Position numbers and translations under genes: made by a program. DNA of 64,000 bases from Candidatus Vogelbacteria bacterium (GTDB taxonomy: Bacteria; Patescibacteriota; Minisyncoccia; Phycocordibacterales; XYD1-FULL-46-19), in assembly GCA_903864935.1 (NCBI GenBank), contig CAIPHT010000015.1:6618-70617 (forward strand), written 5' to 3'. Below the pieces are notes generated by a model, which was not told where the DNA came from, ran no database searches, and was given only the letters and a program-made list of their open reading frames with translations. This document shows, in pieces, positions 55,701 to 64,000 of the stretch. Positions within the stretch are counted from its first letter, which is position 1; each line of letters opens with the position of its first letter.

Positions 55701-56879
55701 TCATATGTTTTTGGTAGCAATAATTATAATGATGATGGTAACACCAGCGCCCCTTCATATATCCTTGGTTCTAATTCCACGACAACAACGGGTTATGCTT
55801 TTGTCTTTGGTAATAATCTGTCTGTAACAGCGACGAGCTCTTTCCTCTTTGGGGTTGATAATGGAACCTATGCGGTAAATAAAAATTATATTTTATCGGT
55901 GATGGGAGCAAGAAACGGTATTGGCTTTGGGACAACGACACCAGCTTATGCTTTCGTCGTCGGTAGCGGAGCCAAGGCGGCCACCTCATCTATCCAGGTT
56001 CCGCGGGGTGGCATTTGTGTTGATGACGATGGTTGGTGTACTCCTACTGATGGCAAGGTCTCAGCTGTCAATTATACGACTGGTCACTCGGACTTAGCGG
56101 AGAATTATCCAGCTTTTGAAAGAGACCTTGGTGCTGGTGATATTGTCTCTATCTCTTCTCTTAATAATTCGGGTCTTGCTTTCAAGGCTGATTTTGGGGT
56201 TAAGAAGGCGGTGTCGGGAGAAACGTCCTTGGGAGTTATCTCCACGAACCCAGGCATTACTCTTGGTCTTGATAATGAGATTAATAATATTGGCCAAGTC
56301 CCAGTAGCTCTGTCCGGCCGAGTTCCTGTTAAGGTTAATCTTGAGGGGGGGGTCATCAATGTGGGTGACCGCATAACCCTCTCGTCTTTTGCCGGAGTTG
56401 GCACCAAGGCAACCTCTTCAGCTGAGACTATTGGTATCGCGTTAGGAGCCTTCAATGCCCTCTCTCCTCAGACAAATGGTATTGGACAAGTCCTTGTCTT
56501 TGTTAATCTTGGCTATGCTCATCTTGATACTTCATCTGTCAACCGACCGCTTGGCACCTTCTCTGATTTCTCGGGTCAGACCCTGGCTAATGTCCAAGCC
56601 ATCATTTCCTCGAGTGGTAATTGGAGTATTGATAGCTCTGGCAATCTCACGGCGAAAACGCTTACCGCAGACAAACTTTGTCTCGGGTTGACCTGTGTGA
56701 CAGAGGGGGAGTTGAGGACAATCCTTGAAAAAGCCGGCCTCCTCTCTTCACCGGTTGTAACTCCGTCCCCTGATCCGACAAGCTCAGACCCTGTTATCGA
56801 GACCAAAGACACAGCCCCTGAGGCCACAAGCTCTGAGTCGATAAGTGTTGACCCAATTATTACCCCTGAATCTCAATAG
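52767..56879 (+). CDS. large exported fibre/adhesin-like protein
   Basis: Signal peptide, INYQGKL.D...LWTE head, repeated GNxGIGT strands, GNNN solenoid, C-terminal DLAENY...GVIST.PG...VALSGRVPVK. Confidence 0.8.
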   Translation: MLKSKTNRLVKFLALFCGSGILLLTLLPLTTTAAFTKQINYQGKLSDGTGASVVDGTYSITFKLYDAPTGGSALWTETQSVVVASGLFSTMLGSVSSLDNINFNQALYLTLNVNGDGEMSPRKVIGAVPAAFQTSRLDGSASTTVVDVSDYLSVSGLTNLATTSLSGDIFINSLTNLSGTDYQNFVQTGYVYTDDWAGDTVASLYSQSDSGVGLTGQGNYGVIGRGSIGIIGEGLDIGVAGITKNDSSIAGEFYTDGNYSTGLKVETGGLGGLGVDIYTGNAEKALNVYNSSSTAYSIYSAGGLNQFEGSTVFGSSPNTLSISQVDFVPGLLSGMELSGITNLGLPFFSIKNGLFLRGADVYPGITFGDSTFTYQSSIAYSTTTRAMNFNNASVYNFDQDLSVSGTVKATCFSNDGGLTCITGGAGVSGGGDSLWATTSLSGRVIHPSVSNVYPVVIGDNATTSDSIFEVNGDTKLRNNLTVGGLSFLSGVTVSSLSIGSLSGLLFGVGGAVGSLATSSLGLITTNVAEGSNLYWTNNRFDSRLMATTSLPNLATLSGLSSLGSSTGQTTILGKTILTNASTTALSVSGQTYLTGLLTGVNANFTGTLGVTGKTTLANASTTALSVSGQTYLTGNLGIGLTNPSTALSVLGVASSTGLQVNGNGFLTGALSVGTSSVASKFNLQGSPGLSVLNISSSTGASIFTIAGNGSIGIGTSTPSSSLSIATKNAGDGLNIDGTSSFSPFVTFSYNSTQAGGLGLALVGNHGVTGANPFDMVLLAKSAGSNLLFGASNTEYMMISGNGNIGMGTNTPVAALDIYNSRNLTDFTSVIDSTTVSVPSSPLLSAGYKINSTGLNSVMLGAYSTSSMAYTFSYGQNNLFTRLGIVGEYDTVFGSNNRFNASMGSLTVGNNNNSHLLGSSYLFGNNNDVSGIGTKQFVLGNGNLISSLFGDNYVFGSDNNMHSAENFVVGNNNNLSQEGSYVFGSNNYNDDGNTSAPSYILGSNSTTTTGYAFVFGNNLSVTATSSFLFGVDNGTYAVNKNYILSVMGARNGIGFGTTTPAYAFVVGSGAKAATSSIQVPRGGICVDDDGWCTPTDGKVSAVNYTTGHSDLAENYPAFERDLGAGDIVSISSLNNSGLAFKADFGVKKAVSGETSLGVISTNPGITLGLDNEINNIGQVPVALSGRVPVKVNLEGGVINVGDRITLSSFAGVGTKATSSAETIGIALGAFNALSPQTNGIGQVLVFVNLGYAHLDTSSVNRPLGTFSDFSGQTLANVQAIISSSGNWSIDSSGNLTAKTLTADKLCLGLTCVTEGELRTILEKAGLLSSPVVTPSPDPTSSDPVIETKDTAPEATSSESISVDPIITPESQ
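54499..54664 (+). repeat. 49-bp perfect direct repeat at 117-bp spacing
   Basis: 54499-54547 = 54616-54664 (NASTTALSVSGQTYLT). Confidence 0.9.
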
Positions 56880-56886
56880 ATACGAC

Positions 56887-57936
56887 ATGAACAAAAAAAT
56901 TTTTCTAGCCCCGTTATTTTTATTTCCAGTCATTTCTTTTGGAGCTAATTTTACCGATGTGCGAATTAATGAATTTTTGCCTCAACCGACGAGCGGTTCG
57001 GGTTGGGTTGAACTTATCAATTCCTCCTCTTCGGATATAAATTTAGCCGGCTGGACGATTGGCCATCTTAACTTTACAGAAGAATCTGGGACAACAACAT
57101 CACGTGAGGCCCTTGGTGGCCTAATTCCTCGAGGGGGTCTCGTTTCTTTTGATATTGATCTTCGGCCGGAAGGGGATCAATTAATTCTAAGTGATGAAGA
57201 TGGGGCACTTATCCACGGGGTCAGTTATGGTGATGCAGTTATCTCAACGACAGACTCTTTTGACATTCCCCCGAGCTTGGGTCAATCGGCGATAACGGCC
57301 AGTAATGATGGTGGCTTTTGGACCACAACCGACATGCCTAGTCATAATTGGTTTAATCAGTCTCCGACGAAGACGGATATTTTGGATACTTTGCCTGCTG
57401 GCGTCTCTAGTAATTTAGATGTTTCTTCTGATTGGACAATTTTGGGAGATATTATTTTCTCTCGTGAGGGCTTTGAGCCTGTTATTTGGACTGGCCCACA
57501 CAATCTGACTGGGGCCGTCGAGAGGGCTGAGTTTGCTCGTCTTGGTACGGAGTTAGTTAATCGTGTGGTTCTTCCTGTTTTGCCATCAAGCGGCGGAGGT
57601 GGAGGAGGCGGCGGGAGCCCTACTGCTTCAGGAGGGGTGGTCGCTACCCCAGTAGACCCTTTAATTGGTCTTGTTTTAGGGACCTCAACTTCTCGTCGCC
57701 CCTTTACCTTTAGCCGTATTTTGCGGCCTGGGATGCGTGGGCCAGATGTCCAAGAATTGCAGAAAATTTTGCAAAGGGACGGCTTTTTTAAAGCTCAAAT
57801 TACCACTTATTTTGGCCCCCTAACTTCTCGAGCCCTAAGTCTCTGGCAAAAAAAGAATAATATTCGACCGGCGACCGGGGTGGCAGGGAAGCCGACTCTG
57901 AGATATCTCAACCTTCTTGGGAGCTTGGACGGATGA
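56887..57936 (+). CDS. lamin-tail domain + peptidoglycan-binding domain protein
   Basis: VRINEFLP...WVELIN...INLAGWTI; DVQELQ..L...YFGPLT..AL..WQ. Confidence 0.8.
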   Translation: MNKKIFLAPLFLFPVISFGANFTDVRINEFLPQPTSGSGWVELINSSSSDINLAGWTIGHLNFTEESGTTTSREALGGLIPRGGLVSFDIDLRPEGDQLILSDEDGALIHGVSYGDAVISTTDSFDIPPSLGQSAITASNDGGFWTTTDMPSHNWFNQSPTKTDILDTLPAGVSSNLDVSSDWTILGDIIFSREGFEPVIWTGPHNLTGAVERAEFARLGTELVNRVVLPVLPSSGGGGGGGGSPTASGGVVATPVDPLIGLVLGTSTSRRPFTFSRILRPGMRGPDVQELQKILQRDGFFKAQITTYFGPLTSRALSLWQKKNNIRPATGVAGKPTLRYLNLLGSLDG

Positions 57937-58032
57937 GTCTAAAACTGTGGATAAATATTGTTTTTTCTGGCACAAACGGTGTATACTTAGAGTTAATATA
58001 AACAGTCATTTTATTATAAACAACAAAATTTT

Positions 58033-58698
58033 ATGAACAAATCTATCCTTGCTTTTACCACTGTCTCCTTTGTTCTTTTTTTGATGATCTACCCTGCGCT
58101 TGAGGCTGGTTTGGCAACAGCGGCTTCTACGGCGACAGTAGTGGCTAAGCAACAGGTAACCTCAGAGATTTCATTAACGGTGGCGAGTTCAACTATGGCG
58201 CTTCTCCCGGCTATCCCCGGTCTTACTGGTGGTACGGGTAATGCCTCAACTTCGGTCAACGTTATTACCAACAATAAAGCGGGCTACACGGTGACCGTCC
58301 AAGGCGCGGCAACGGCGGGGAAGACCGCGGCAATGGTTGGAGATACGACGGCAGGTGTTATTGCTGATTATGCTACGACCACCGGCCCTATCACTGATGC
58401 TACTTGGGCTGATACAAGTACTAACGGTGTTTCGCAATTTGGTTTTGGTATTACTAACACCTCATTGTCTTCAGCTAATGGTGCTCCTGGCTATGGCACT
58501 TGCACTCTTGTGGATTCTTGTTGGATGAAGTTAGGTACTACTACGACTCGGACAGTTGTGAATGTCTCTACTTATACATCCAACCTGGGGGACACTTTTC
58601 ATCTTAAGTTCCGCGTTCACTTACCAGCCAACTCCAACCCTTTAGTGCCCCAAGATTGGTATACAGCCACTACCACAGTAACCGCTATTGTCACTTAG
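58033..58698 (+). CDS. exported WxL/pilin-like protein, paralog 1
   Basis: Signal peptide, VITNNKAGYTV, C-terminal WYTATTTVTA. Confidence 0.7.
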   Translation: MNKSILAFTTVSFVLFLMIYPALEAGLATAASTATVVAKQQVTSEISLTVASSTMALLPAIPGLTGGTGNASTSVNVITNNKAGYTVTVQGAATAGKTAAMVGDTTAGVIADYATTTGPITDATWADTSTNGVSQFGFGITNTSLSSANGAPGYGTCTLVDSCWMKLGTTTTRTVVNVSTYTSNLGDTFHLKFRVHLPANSNPLVPQDWYTATTTVTAIVT

Positions 58699-58734
58699 TT
58701 TAATTGTTCTTAATTATTATTATTTATAAAAAAT

Positions 58735-59778
58735 ATGCTTAAATACTCTCGTTCTTTGATTTTTATGGCTTTGCTTCTGGCCAATGTGGCCATGGCTTCG
58801 CTTGCCTTTGCTTACGCCACAGAGCCCGTGCAGATTGATCCTAGTCGACAAGATTTCGTCGTTGGTCCGGGTAAGACCGACCTCACTCTTACCCCTGGAG
58901 AATCAACCGTTGTTGAGTTGATGGTCTCTAACCGTACAGGGGTTGATCGTAATTTTGAAATTAAATTTGAAGACTTTGTGGGAAGTCAAGACTTGAGTTC
59001 CCCTGTCGTTTTTACTAATGAGAAGGGGGCGACAACGATGGCCGATTATCTTTCTGTCCCAGAGAAGACATTTTTCTTAAAGAATGGTGAGAGAGCGCGT
59101 ATCCCTGTCACTATCACTGTCCCAGCTGGCGCTGAGGCTGGAGGCCGCTACGCGAGTGTCCTCATCTCAACCTTGGTCCCCGTTGAGAAGACGGCGATAA
59201 ATGGTGATGAGAGAAAGGGTGGCGTGCCACTTATTACTCAGACCGGAACTTTAGTCTTCGTGACAATCCCTGGTAATGTTAAGAAGGAAGGCGCTTTAAC
59301 AGAATTTTTCACTCAAAACAAGAAATCATTTTTCTCTGTCCCCAAGGATGTCGTCTTTAGTTTAATTTTTAGCAATACCGGCAAGATCCACCTTAAGCCA
59401 TCTGGGACGATCTCGGTCAAGAACATTTTTGGTCAAGAAATTAAGAACATTGAGGTCACGCCTTGGTTTGCCATGCCCAATTCACTTCGCCTTCGTGAGG
59501 TCAATTTGATTGCCGACCCAGTTAAAGAAAAGCCGTTCATGCTCGGGCGTTATGTGGCTGAGGCCAAGATCTTCCGCGATTACGATAATCTTACTGATAC
59601 CAAGTCCTTTGCTTTCTGGATCATCCCTTGGAAGTTGCTTCTCGTAATCTTCTTAATCCTTCTTGTCATTGTCTTCTTAATCAGCTTGGGTGTTAAGTAT
59701 GTCTCTTCTCATTTTGAATTTAAGGCCAAACCGACAGAAGTGAAGCCAACAGAAGTAGTTCCTCCTCAAACATCATAA
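58735..59778 (+). CDS. DUF916/DUF3324-like Ig-fold membrane protein
   Basis: LTPGE..V.N, ITVP.GAEAGGRYA, FSNTGKIHLKP.G, GRY.A, FWIIPW + C-terminal TM. Confidence 0.72.
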   Translation: MLKYSRSLIFMALLLANVAMASLAFAYATEPVQIDPSRQDFVVGPGKTDLTLTPGESTVVELMVSNRTGVDRNFEIKFEDFVGSQDLSSPVVFTNEKGATTMADYLSVPEKTFFLKNGERARIPVTITVPAGAEAGGRYASVLISTLVPVEKTAINGDERKGGVPLITQTGTLVFVTIPGNVKKEGALTEFFTQNKKSFFSVPKDVVFSLIFSNTGKIHLKPSGTISVKNIFGQEIKNIEVTPWFAMPNSLRLREVNLIADPVKEKPFMLGRYVAEAKIFRDYDNLTDTKSFAFWIIPWKLLLVIFLILLVIVFLISLGVKYVSSHFEFKAKPTEVKPTEVVPPQTS

Positions 59779-60452
59779 TGAAGTTAACATTTCTAAATCA
59801 TTATCATTCCCCTTTGGCATTGACCTTGGTCATCTTCTTTCTCCTGCTCGCTGTTTACCCAATGGTTGAAGCCGGTTTTGTCACGGCGGCCTCTAGTGCG
59901 ACTGTCGTCTCTAAACAACAAATTACCTCAGAGATATCCCTGACGGTGTCTAGCTCGACAATGGTCCTCTTGCCATCTATCGCTGGTCTTACTGGTGGCG
60001 CGGGATATGCTTCAACAACGGTTAATATTGTCACTAACAACAAGAATGGGTATACGGTGAATATTCAAGGGACGACAACTCCTGGTGAGTTGGGGGAGAT
60101 GAGTGGGGATACCACCGCTGGTTATTTTGGTGATTATCCGGCCACGGTGCCCGAGACTTGGGCGAGTTCTTCGGCCAACGGTGTGTCTCGTTTTGGCTTC
60201 GGCATTACCAATACTTCACTGTCTTCGGCTAATGGCGCATCTGGTTATGGGACTTGCGCTGGCTTCGAGTCTTGCTGGTCTAAGTTGGCGACCACAACAG
60301 CTAAGGCTGTGGTGACAACCAGCACCTTCACTCCTTATTCTGGCGACAACTTCCAGCTTAAATTCCACGCTCAGGTCCCGGCCAACTCTAATCCGCTTGT
60401 CCCCCAAGACTGGTATACGGCGACGACCACTTTGACAGCGGTTGTGATTTAG
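59778..60452 (+). CDS. exported WxL/pilin-like protein, paralog 2
   Basis: Clear paralog of 58033-58698 (FGFGITNTSLSSANGA, PANSNPLVPQDWYTATTT). Confidence 0.72.
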   Translation: MKLTFLNHYHSPLALTLVIFFLLLAVYPMVEAGFVTAASSATVVSKQQITSEISLTVSSSTMVLLPSIAGLTGGAGYASTTVNIVTNNKNGYTVNIQGTTTPGELGEMSGDTTAGYFGDYPATVPETWASSSANGVSRFGFGITNTSLSSANGASGYGTCAGFESCWSKLATTTAKAVVTTSTFTPYSGDNFQLKFHAQVPANSNPLVPQDWYTATTTLTAVVI

Positions 60453-60458
60453 TTTTCT

Positions 60459-61934
60459 ATGAAAATCTTTAGAGTGTGGCTGATTTTACTTTTTTTCGCT
60501 TTTGGTCTGTTTAACGGCCAGCCGGTTTTGGCTTCTACTGCGGCGGATGTCACTGCCAAAGTTTTTGTCTCTTCAGAGGCCACGACTTTGTCGGCCCCAA
60601 TTAATCTCTTAGCCGTAGTGGTATCTAGCACCCAGATAGATTTATCTTGGTCGCCACCTGAAGATATGACTGGGGTAGCGGGTTATTATATTTATCGCGA
60701 TGGTGTTCGTTTGGTTAGCACCAATAATTTAGCTTATTCTGACCAGAATCTATTACCTTCAACGACATACCAATATTACTTAACCTCGTTTGATAATATT
60801 GGTCGAGAGTCTTTGCCTACCCCAACGGTCACCGTTACGACAAATGATTTTGTCACTCCAGCCCCCGTCCCTGTTGTTGAGACGGGGAGCCACCTCTCAA
60901 GCAGCCTCTTTCGTCTGACTAATTTCAAAATTGTACCAGTTAAGAATAATGGTCGGCGTTCTTTAGTTGTCTCCTTCGATACTAATTGGCCGACGCTGGC
61001 GACACTTCGTTATGGTCTAAAGGAGGACACGTCACTAGCGATAATTAATGGGACGGGCTATGTTCAGCATCACAGCTACTCGCTAGATTCTCTCCCTAAG
61101 AGTTTGCAGTATTATATTAATATTAAACTCATTGCTTCGAACGGGTATTCGCCCACTTTGAGTTTAGTTTATGTCGACGGGAGAATCTTTGGCGATATTT
61201 TTAGACCCGGAGATGTCAGCGATCTTGACCTAAGGGCTCAAGGGAACTCAATTATTTTGTCTTGGCAGAATCCTGAGGCCACAACTTTTGAAAATATTTA
61301 TGTTGTTCGTTCGGATAAATTTTATCCGGTAACACGATTTTTTGGTTTGCCTCTCTGGCAGGGTCAGATGACAAGTTATGTTGATAAGGGCTTAGAATTT
61401 AATAAGAATTATTATTATGGAATTTTTGTTTGTGATAAGGATAAGATCTGTTCCCTCGGTTCATATGCAGTCGCTTACTTAGAGTCGGGCAACGGATTAA
61501 ATTTGATTACGGCAACAAGCTCTGCCCAAATTGTCGGGCGTTATTGTGAGCAAAAAAAAGTTTTTAGTGGTGACAAATTTTCTCTTTCTGTCTTGGCTGA
61601 TAAGAGGGAGGATAATCCAAGGCTTTGTCTTGTCCGTCTGACTAGGGGAGGGAAGATTATTGGGCTGCATCAATTGCTTGAGACCGAAGATGGACTTTTT
61701 GAATCCTCAGCTTTTTCTATTACGGAGGCGGGGATTTATCGTTATAATGTTGAATGTTATGATGCCTTTGGGTCCAATTTGAATAAAGTTGCTTGTGGAG
61801 AAATTACTGTGGCTGGGGCCAAACCACTTACCGGGGGAGCTCTCCGGTGTTGGATTAGTTGGTTTATAATTTTGGTTATCCTTATTTTGATTTGGTATTT
61901 TTTATTAAAATCAAAAAAACAAAATAAAAAATGA
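60459..61934 (+). CDS. fibronectin type III domain protein with C-terminal TM
   Basis: SSTQIDLSW...VAGYYIYRDG...L.PSTTYQY. Confidence 0.78.
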   Translation: MKIFRVWLILLFFAFGLFNGQPVLASTAADVTAKVFVSSEATTLSAPINLLAVVVSSTQIDLSWSPPEDMTGVAGYYIYRDGVRLVSTNNLAYSDQNLLPSTTYQYYLTSFDNIGRESLPTPTVTVTTNDFVTPAPVPVVETGSHLSSSLFRLTNFKIVPVKNNGRRSLVVSFDTNWPTLATLRYGLKEDTSLAIINGTGYVQHHSYSLDSLPKSLQYYINIKLIASNGYSPTLSLVYVDGRIFGDIFRPGDVSDLDLRAQGNSIILSWQNPEATTFENIYVVRSDKFYPVTRFFGLPLWQGQMTSYVDKGLEFNKNYYYGIFVCDKDKICSLGSYAVAYLESGNGLNLITATSSAQIVGRYCEQKKVFSGDKFSLSVLADKREDNPRLCLVRLTRGGKIIGLHQLLETEDGLFESSAFSITEAGIYRYNVECYDAFGSNLNKVACGEITVAGAKPLTGGALRCWISWFIILVILILIWYFLLKSKKQNKK

Positions 61935-62692
61935 CTCTTAAAAAAATAATTTTCTCTACCTCCCTTATAATTGTTGTCTGGGCGACCCACGGTGTTTGGG
62001 GTGCGATGACGGGCGGAACATACAAAATTGACAGTGATAGCATTAATTCTGGTGGGATTGAGGACTCATCTTTTGGGAATTATAATCTCAATGATACGGT
62101 AGGTGAAATCTCCATTGGTAATTCTACCAGTTCTAATTATCAAATGATGGCGGGCTATCGACAGATGGAGGACGCGAGTCTGGCGATTGGTGTCTCTTTG
62201 CAGAATATCAATCTTGTGCCGGACCTTGGCGGTATCTCGGGTGGGACCTCAACCGGAGCGACCGAGGTTATTGTTACTACCGATGATCCGGCCGGTTATT
62301 CTCTCACGATCCAATCCGGTAATACTCCCGCTCTAACCTCTGATAGTGATACGATTGCTGATTATTCGCCGGCCGGAGCTATTCCCGATTACGGCTTTGT
62401 GGTCTCGGTGGGGCAATCTGTCTTCGGCTTTACCCCAGAGGGACCAGATATCGTTGATCGTTATCGCGACGATGGCAGTGGCACCTGTGGCATTGTGAAT
62501 GGCGGTGACACGACCAATAAATGTTGGGATGGTTTGGCCACAATCGCCAAGCCCATTGCTTACCGTGGCTTCGAGACGCCAAATAATGGAGCCACCACCA
62601 CCCTACGCTTCTCGGCGGGGATTGGTGCCAATCGTCTCCAACGCAACGGCTCTTATTACGCGACAACCACAATTACCGCTCTAGCGCTTTAA
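61931..62692 (+). CDS. exported WxL/pilin-like protein, paralog 3
   Basis: VTTDDPAGYSL, FGF, C..C pair, C-terminal GSYYATTTITALAL. Confidence 0.68.
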   Translation: MTLKKIIFSTSLIIVVWATHGVWGAMTGGTYKIDSDSINSGGIEDSSFGNYNLNDTVGEISIGNSTSSNYQMMAGYRQMEDASLAIGVSLQNINLVPDLGGISGGTSTGATEVIVTTDDPAGYSLTIQSGNTPALTSDSDTIADYSPAGAIPDYGFVVSVGQSVFGFTPEGPDIVDRYRDDGSGTCGIVNGGDTTNKCWDGLATIAKPIAYRGFETPNNGATTTLRFSAGIGANRLQRNGSYYATTTITALAL

Positions 62693-62752
62693 AACCTTTT
62701 GTTTTTTATTTTTCTTGGCCTGGGCTTGGTTTTTTTGATATACTTTCAAACA

Positions 62753-64000
62753 GTGATTAAGTTTAAATTTTTTCTTGCTGTTAGTTTTTTGATCGGAGCG
62801 TTTCTCGGGGTTTTGTCGGTGTCGGCCGCGACGGTTGGTTCAGCGAATAATCTTGGCTTGGTCGGTTATTGGCCTTTGGATGAAGGCCGCGGCACTTCTG
62901 TTGGGGACATGAGCGGTAAAGGTAATAACGGTTCAATAATTGGTAGCCCTGTCTGGTCTCTGGGTAATCGTTCGAGAGCCTTAAGATTTGACGGAGTAGA
63001 CGATAATATCCAAGTTCCTTCTTCAAGTAGCTTAAATCCGGGGCCAGATATGACCATGGCCGCTTGGGTTTATTGGGCTGGAGGGACTGGAGACAAAAAT
63101 ATCATAACCAAAGAGAGTTCTTATGAAATGAGAGTTAATGGCGGTTATGTTAATTATGCCACTACCCCTTGGGATTGGCGGGGAGGAACAAGTTCTCCGG
63201 TAAGTCAAAATCAATGGGCTTTTGTTGCCGTCACAAATGATGCTGACGGGCTACAAAAAATCTATATCAATGGGGTAGAAAAGTTCAGCTATTCTTCTGG
63301 TGGAGCGATTGTCTCTAATACTAATCCTTTAGAGATTGCTTCTCGTTATACAGGAACAATAAACTTTTTTAATGGCCTTATTGATGAACCAAGAGTTTAT
63401 AACCGGGTTTTATCAGCGGATGAAATTTTGAAGTTATATCAAACGGGGGCGGTTAATTATAACGTTTCGCGAACAAATAATCCGCTTACTTCTAGCTTGG
63501 TCGGTCACTGGACCTTCGATGGGAAAAGTCTGACAAACACTACCGCACTGGATCTTTCGGTGTCTGGGAATAACGGATCCTTGGTTGATGGAGCTGTACC
63601 TGGAATTGGTAGGATAGGTCAGTCTATTAAATTGAATGGGCTCAATAGCCGAGTTCATATTTCTGATGTGGCTAGTCTTAAATATGTCGGAGGAGATATG
63701 ACAATTTCTCTTTGGACCTTTATTAATCCCAGCGAGACAGGAGGAGCGACTATCGTGAGTAAACCATGGAATGGGTCTGGCCAGTATAATTATCGAATAA
63801 CTTTGACAGCTGCTAGGAGAATACAAATTAACTTGTATGCCGACGCTGGTTTCACTTCTGCTCTTAGCACTAATGCCCTGACTGTCGGGGAGTGGCATAA
63901 TATTATATTGAAGCTGACAACTGATAAAAAAGTTCAAGTATTTATTGACGGTAATCTTGAGATTAATGACTCGCACGGATTCACTAATTGGGTCCCTGGT
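62753..64000 (+). CDS. LamG/concanavalin-like repeat surface protein (truncated by window end; absent from the ORF track)
   Basis: GTG start, signal peptide, GLVGYWPLDEG.G..VGD.SG.GNNG, second repeat LVGHWTFDG. Confidence 0.82.
   Translation, partial: MIKFKFFLAVSFLIGAFLGVLSVSAATVGSANNLGLVGYWPLDEGRGTSVGDMSGKGNNGSIIGSPVWSLGNRSRALRFDGVDDNIQVPSSSSLNPGPDMTMAAWVYWAGGTGDKNIITKESSYEMRVNGGYVNYATTPWDWRGGTSSPVSQNQWAFVAVTNDADGLQKIYINGVEKFSYSSGGAIVSNTNPLEIASRYTGTINFFNGLIDEPRVYNRVLSADEILKLYQTGAVNYNVSRTNNPLTSSLVGHWTFDGKSLTNTTALDLSVSGNNGSLVDGAVPGIGRIGQSIKLNGLNSRVHISDVASLKYVGGDMTISLWTFINPSETGGATIVSKPWNGSGQYNYRITLTAARRIQINLYADAGFTSALSTNALTVGEWHNIILKLTTDKKVQVFIDGNLEINDSHGFTNWVPG

Noticed and set aside
52767-56879. 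Prophage tail fibre indicating a prophage
   Set aside because: The protein has a Sec-type signal peptide and sits among cell-surface genes; no capsid, terminase or integrase genes are present.
52700-57954. DnaA-box-like 9-mers (TTATCCCCA 52700, TGTGGATAA 57946) as a replication origin
   Set aside because: Isolated, 5 kb apart, with no cluster, unwinding element or dnaA/dnaN nearby.
1-64000. Alternative genetic code (TGA read as Gly)
   Set aside because: Core genes are uninterrupted under code 11, and TGA ends nadV and other ORFs at sensible positions.

Overview
Chromosomal segment of a Patescibacteria/CPR (Parcubacteria-like) bacterium using genetic code 11 (TGA serves as stop). The taxonomic call is inferred from gene content and style. 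Core genes: ligA 3' part, a pseudouridine synthase, gatCA, prfB, ftsEX, pyrG, gpsA, yqeY, a UvrD-nuclease fusion, rnj, secG, lemA-htpX, and 7 tRNAs. These are interleaved with orphan genes, an NrtR-controlled NAD salvage operon, and a large cell-surface gene cluster (WxL/DUF916-like, FN3, LamG). The most unusual signal is non-coding or sub-genic. (1) Short hairpin elements of 15-42 nt, mostly multiples of 3, sit in frame inside housekeeping proteins and inside dead duplicated 5' halves of tRNA genes next to GIY-YIG nuclease genes. (2) A family of ~40-bp TGACG-NN-CGTCA palindromes brackets a wHTH/Cas2-like (PaaX-like) gene and also heads two tandem cassettes that share promoter, leader and terminator but carry unrelated ORFs. 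(3) A RAYT-like transposase has its own REP upstream, downstream and inside its ORF. No CRISPR array or rRNA was seen. All assignments come from reading motifs by eye; no database search was run.
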